From assembly GCA_022561335.1 (NCBI GenBank), contig JADFRL010000004.1, positions 23,817 through 47,816 of the forward strand: a DNA stretch of 24,000 nucleotides, in the 5' to 3' direction. A model generated the notes under the pieces. That model did not search any database. It worked only from the letters and a program-made list of their open reading frames with translations, and was not told the origin of the DNA. Positions 22,574-24,000 of this stretch are shown here, in pieces. The position numbers were made by a program, and so were the translations under genes. How positions within the stretch are numbered: the first letter of the stretch is position 1; each line of letters begins with the position of its first letter. This stretch comes from Patescibacteria group bacterium. Lineage in GTDB: Bacteria; Patescibacteriota; Minisyncoccia; Phycocordibacterales; JACZSL01.

Positions 22574-22995
22574 ATATTGCTTCTATTCTTATCAAGAAAA
22601 CTTTGTAAAATAATAGCTGCCGCTGAAGCATCAACGTGTCTGCGAACCTTCGGCTTTCGACTTCTCAGAATGTCTGATTCTCTTGGCTGACGTTTTGCCT
22701 CAGCCGATGTGAGAAATTCTACTTCAAAGTCAATTGGTACAGAGAGTCTCTCCTCAAGAGCCTCCTTAAATTGATGAATCCGCTTCATAATCGGATTGTC
22801 CTCACCGTGGTAGTTTGTAGACTGCCCTATCACAATGCGTGAAATATTCTCCTTCTCGGCTAGATCTGCAATATAGCTTACAAGCTCATCATCATTTTTA
22901 ATAATTTCTTTAGGAAATGCAACAGCCCCATCGTCGTCCGATAGTGCGATTCCTATTTTTTTCTCACCGTAATCAATACCTATAAGTTTTGTCAT
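22570..22995 (-). CDS. ruvX: Putative pre-16S rRNA nuclease / Holliday-junction-resolvase-like YqgF (RuvX)
   Basis: MTKLIGIDYGEKKIGIALSD... and the later IVIGQSTNYHGEDNP motif. Has a 4-nt ATGA overlap with the downstream gene. Confidence 0.88.
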   Translation of the reverse strand: MTKLIGIDYGEKKIGIALSDDDGAVAFPKEIIKNDDELVSYIADLAEKENISRIVIGQSTNYHGEDNPIMKRIHQFKEALEERLSVPIDFEVEFLTSAEAKRQPRESDILRSRKPKVRRHVDASAAAIILQSFLDKNRSNI

Positions 22996-22997
22996 GG

Positions 22998-23015
22998 GCG
23001 GTGGGGGTGGGATTC
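22998..23015 (-). repeat. tRNA-Ser 3' fragment (acceptor 3' strand, T-stem and part of the T-loop) abutting the ruvX start codon
   Basis: gcggtgggggtgggattc is identical to 23171-23188 (18 of 18). Similarity ends in the T-loop. It lies 2 nt from the ruvX ATG (22993-22995). Confidence 0.85.
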
Positions 23016-23134
23016 CTCTTCCTCCGAACTATTTGAATCGCAAAGCGATATACAAATAGTTTTCCTCCAGAGCCACGGGCTTTTGCTTTTTCCTGCGGCG
23101 CAAAAGTTCCGTTCGAATCCCATTCTGTATTGCC

Positions 23135-23164
23135 AAAATTAAGTATTTTTTAATACTTAATTTT
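23135..23164. terminator. Perfect 13-bp hairpin downstream of tRNA-Ser (bidirectional terminator-like)
   Basis: AAAATTAAGTATT-TTTT-AATACTTAATTTT, with A/T runs on both sides. Confidence 0.6.
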
Positions 23165-23171
23165 ACCAATG

Positions 23172-23258
23172 CGGTGGGGGTGGGATTCGAACCCACGGTC
23201 CGCGTGAACGGACTCTGGTTTTCAAGACCAGCGCCTTCGACCCCTCAGCCACCCCACC
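23172..23258 (-). tRNA. tRNA-Ser (anticodon TGA), type II with long variable arm
   Basis: GGTGGGG ... CTGGT CTTGAAA ACCAG, variable stem GTCCG/CGGAC, GTGGG TTCGAAT CCCAC CCCCACC G. CCA is not encoded. Confidence 0.9.
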
Positions 23259-23348
23259 CGAAAATACAATCCAATCAACTAATTGATAAATACTACACGC
23301 GGTAACTCAGGATCGCAACTTTTGTGTCCGCCACTTAAATGTCATGGT

Positions 23349-23822
23349 ATGCTTTATCCAATGGAAGAATCTATCCGCTGGAAAACTCTCGAATTTGAAT
23401 ACAAAGAAAAAAGTGCTGACTGGTACTGGACTTTTGGTATTGTTGCTGTGGCAGGGACTCTTATCTCCATTATTCTCGGCAATATCCTCTTTGCGATACT
23501 TATCATCATTGCCACCTTCACCATTGCGCTGTACGCAAGCAAACATCCCAAGTTAATAGATTTCGAAATAAGCACCCGCGGCGTACGTGCCGGCCATATC
23601 CTTCACCCCTTTAACACACTTGAATCATTTTGGATAGAAGAAGAACAAGAAAAATCTCTGAAACTTCTGCTTATGTCAAAAAAAACATTTGCTCTTCACA
23701 TCATCATCCCTCTTACAAATGCTCCCGTCCATGATATTCGTGAGTATTTAAGCCATAAGCTCCCGGAAGTCGAACAGCATGAATCTTTTACCGAGCGCAT
23801 AATGGAGCTGGTACGGTTCTAG
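23349..23822 (+). CDS. Hypothetical membrane protein (two adjacent TM helices)
   Basis: WYWTFGIVAVAGTLISIILGNILFAILIIIATFTIALYA hairpin TM pair followed by a soluble domain. ATG 23349 or 23361 preferred over the TTG 23283 in the ORF track. Confidence 0.6.
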   Translation: MLYPMEESIRWKTLEFEYKEKSADWYWTFGIVAVAGTLISIILGNILFAILIIIATFTIALYASKHPKLIDFEISTRGVRAGHILHPFNTLESFWIEEEQEKSLKLLLMSKKTFALHIIIPLTNAPVHDIREYLSHKLPEVEQHESFTERIMELVRF

Positions 23823-24000
23823 TTGCTCGGTACAACCTTAATTTATTTACTTTACAGGAACGCCAGCGCACTATCGGTGCGGTGAGTAGTTGTACGCATT
23901 AAAACTCACCGAATCCTGGCAGTAATCTAATGATGATACTCGTACTTACCGGTTTGCTTTCAAGATCAAGACACTGCAGTGTAAAGAGCACCGGCTTAGT

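Noticed and set aside
23899-24000. Possible 3' end of a minus-strand gene entering from beyond the window (...IIIRLLPGFGEF stop), with the stop embedded in a GGTGAGT/ACTCACC hairpin.
   Set aside because: Only 33 codons are visible and there is no recognisable motif, so it cannot be supported from this window alone.

Overview
Gene-dense, mostly minus-strand window. Background G+C is low: 22/60 by hand count for 7081-7140. Sharply GC-richer patches are embedded in it: 42/60 for 6661-6720 and 39/60 for 14641-14700. Gene content suggests a small-genome Patescibacteria/CPR (Parcubacteria-like) bacterium; this is inference from secE-nusG-rplK with no rplA, pilMNO, scattered single tRNAs and many short membrane proteins.

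Contents in order:
- A dTMP-synthesis cluster: thyA (5' partial), folA, a frameshifted HIT/GalT-like gene, a dCMP deaminase fusion and a HIGH-motif nucleotidyltransferase.
- rplK-nusG-secE.
- Two GC-rich orphan genes flanking a SIMPL/DUF541 gene.
- A putative metal/thiol operon (arsR-DUF3179-TlpA-CcdA-TlpA) divergent from a ZIP transporter, with a 20-bp palindromic operator between them.
- An MBL hydrolase, MazG, a PduO-type adenosyltransferase and a CDF exporter without a C-terminal domain.
- rplS, an RluA-family synthase, uppS and acylphosphatase.
- pilM-pilN-pilO, yqaA, a tRNA-binding protein and ruvX.
- Five tRNAs: His-GTG, Leu-GAG, Val-TAC, Arg-TCT, Ser-TGA.

There are no rRNA genes, CRISPR arrays, transposases or integrases.

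Two signals look most unusual:
1. A family of ~131-132-bp inverted-repeat elements plus one 67-bp short copy. They share the termini CCCGTTAG...CTAACGGG, have copy-specific but internally complementary stem extensions, and carry 6-bp flanking direct repeats (ATGNAT) that coincide with start codons.
2. tRNA-derived partial repeats whose breakpoints all fall in the T-loop. They lie next to tRNA-Arg, tRNA-Ser and tRNA-Val and bound short, ORF-less, hairpin-rich segments with no recombinase gene in view.
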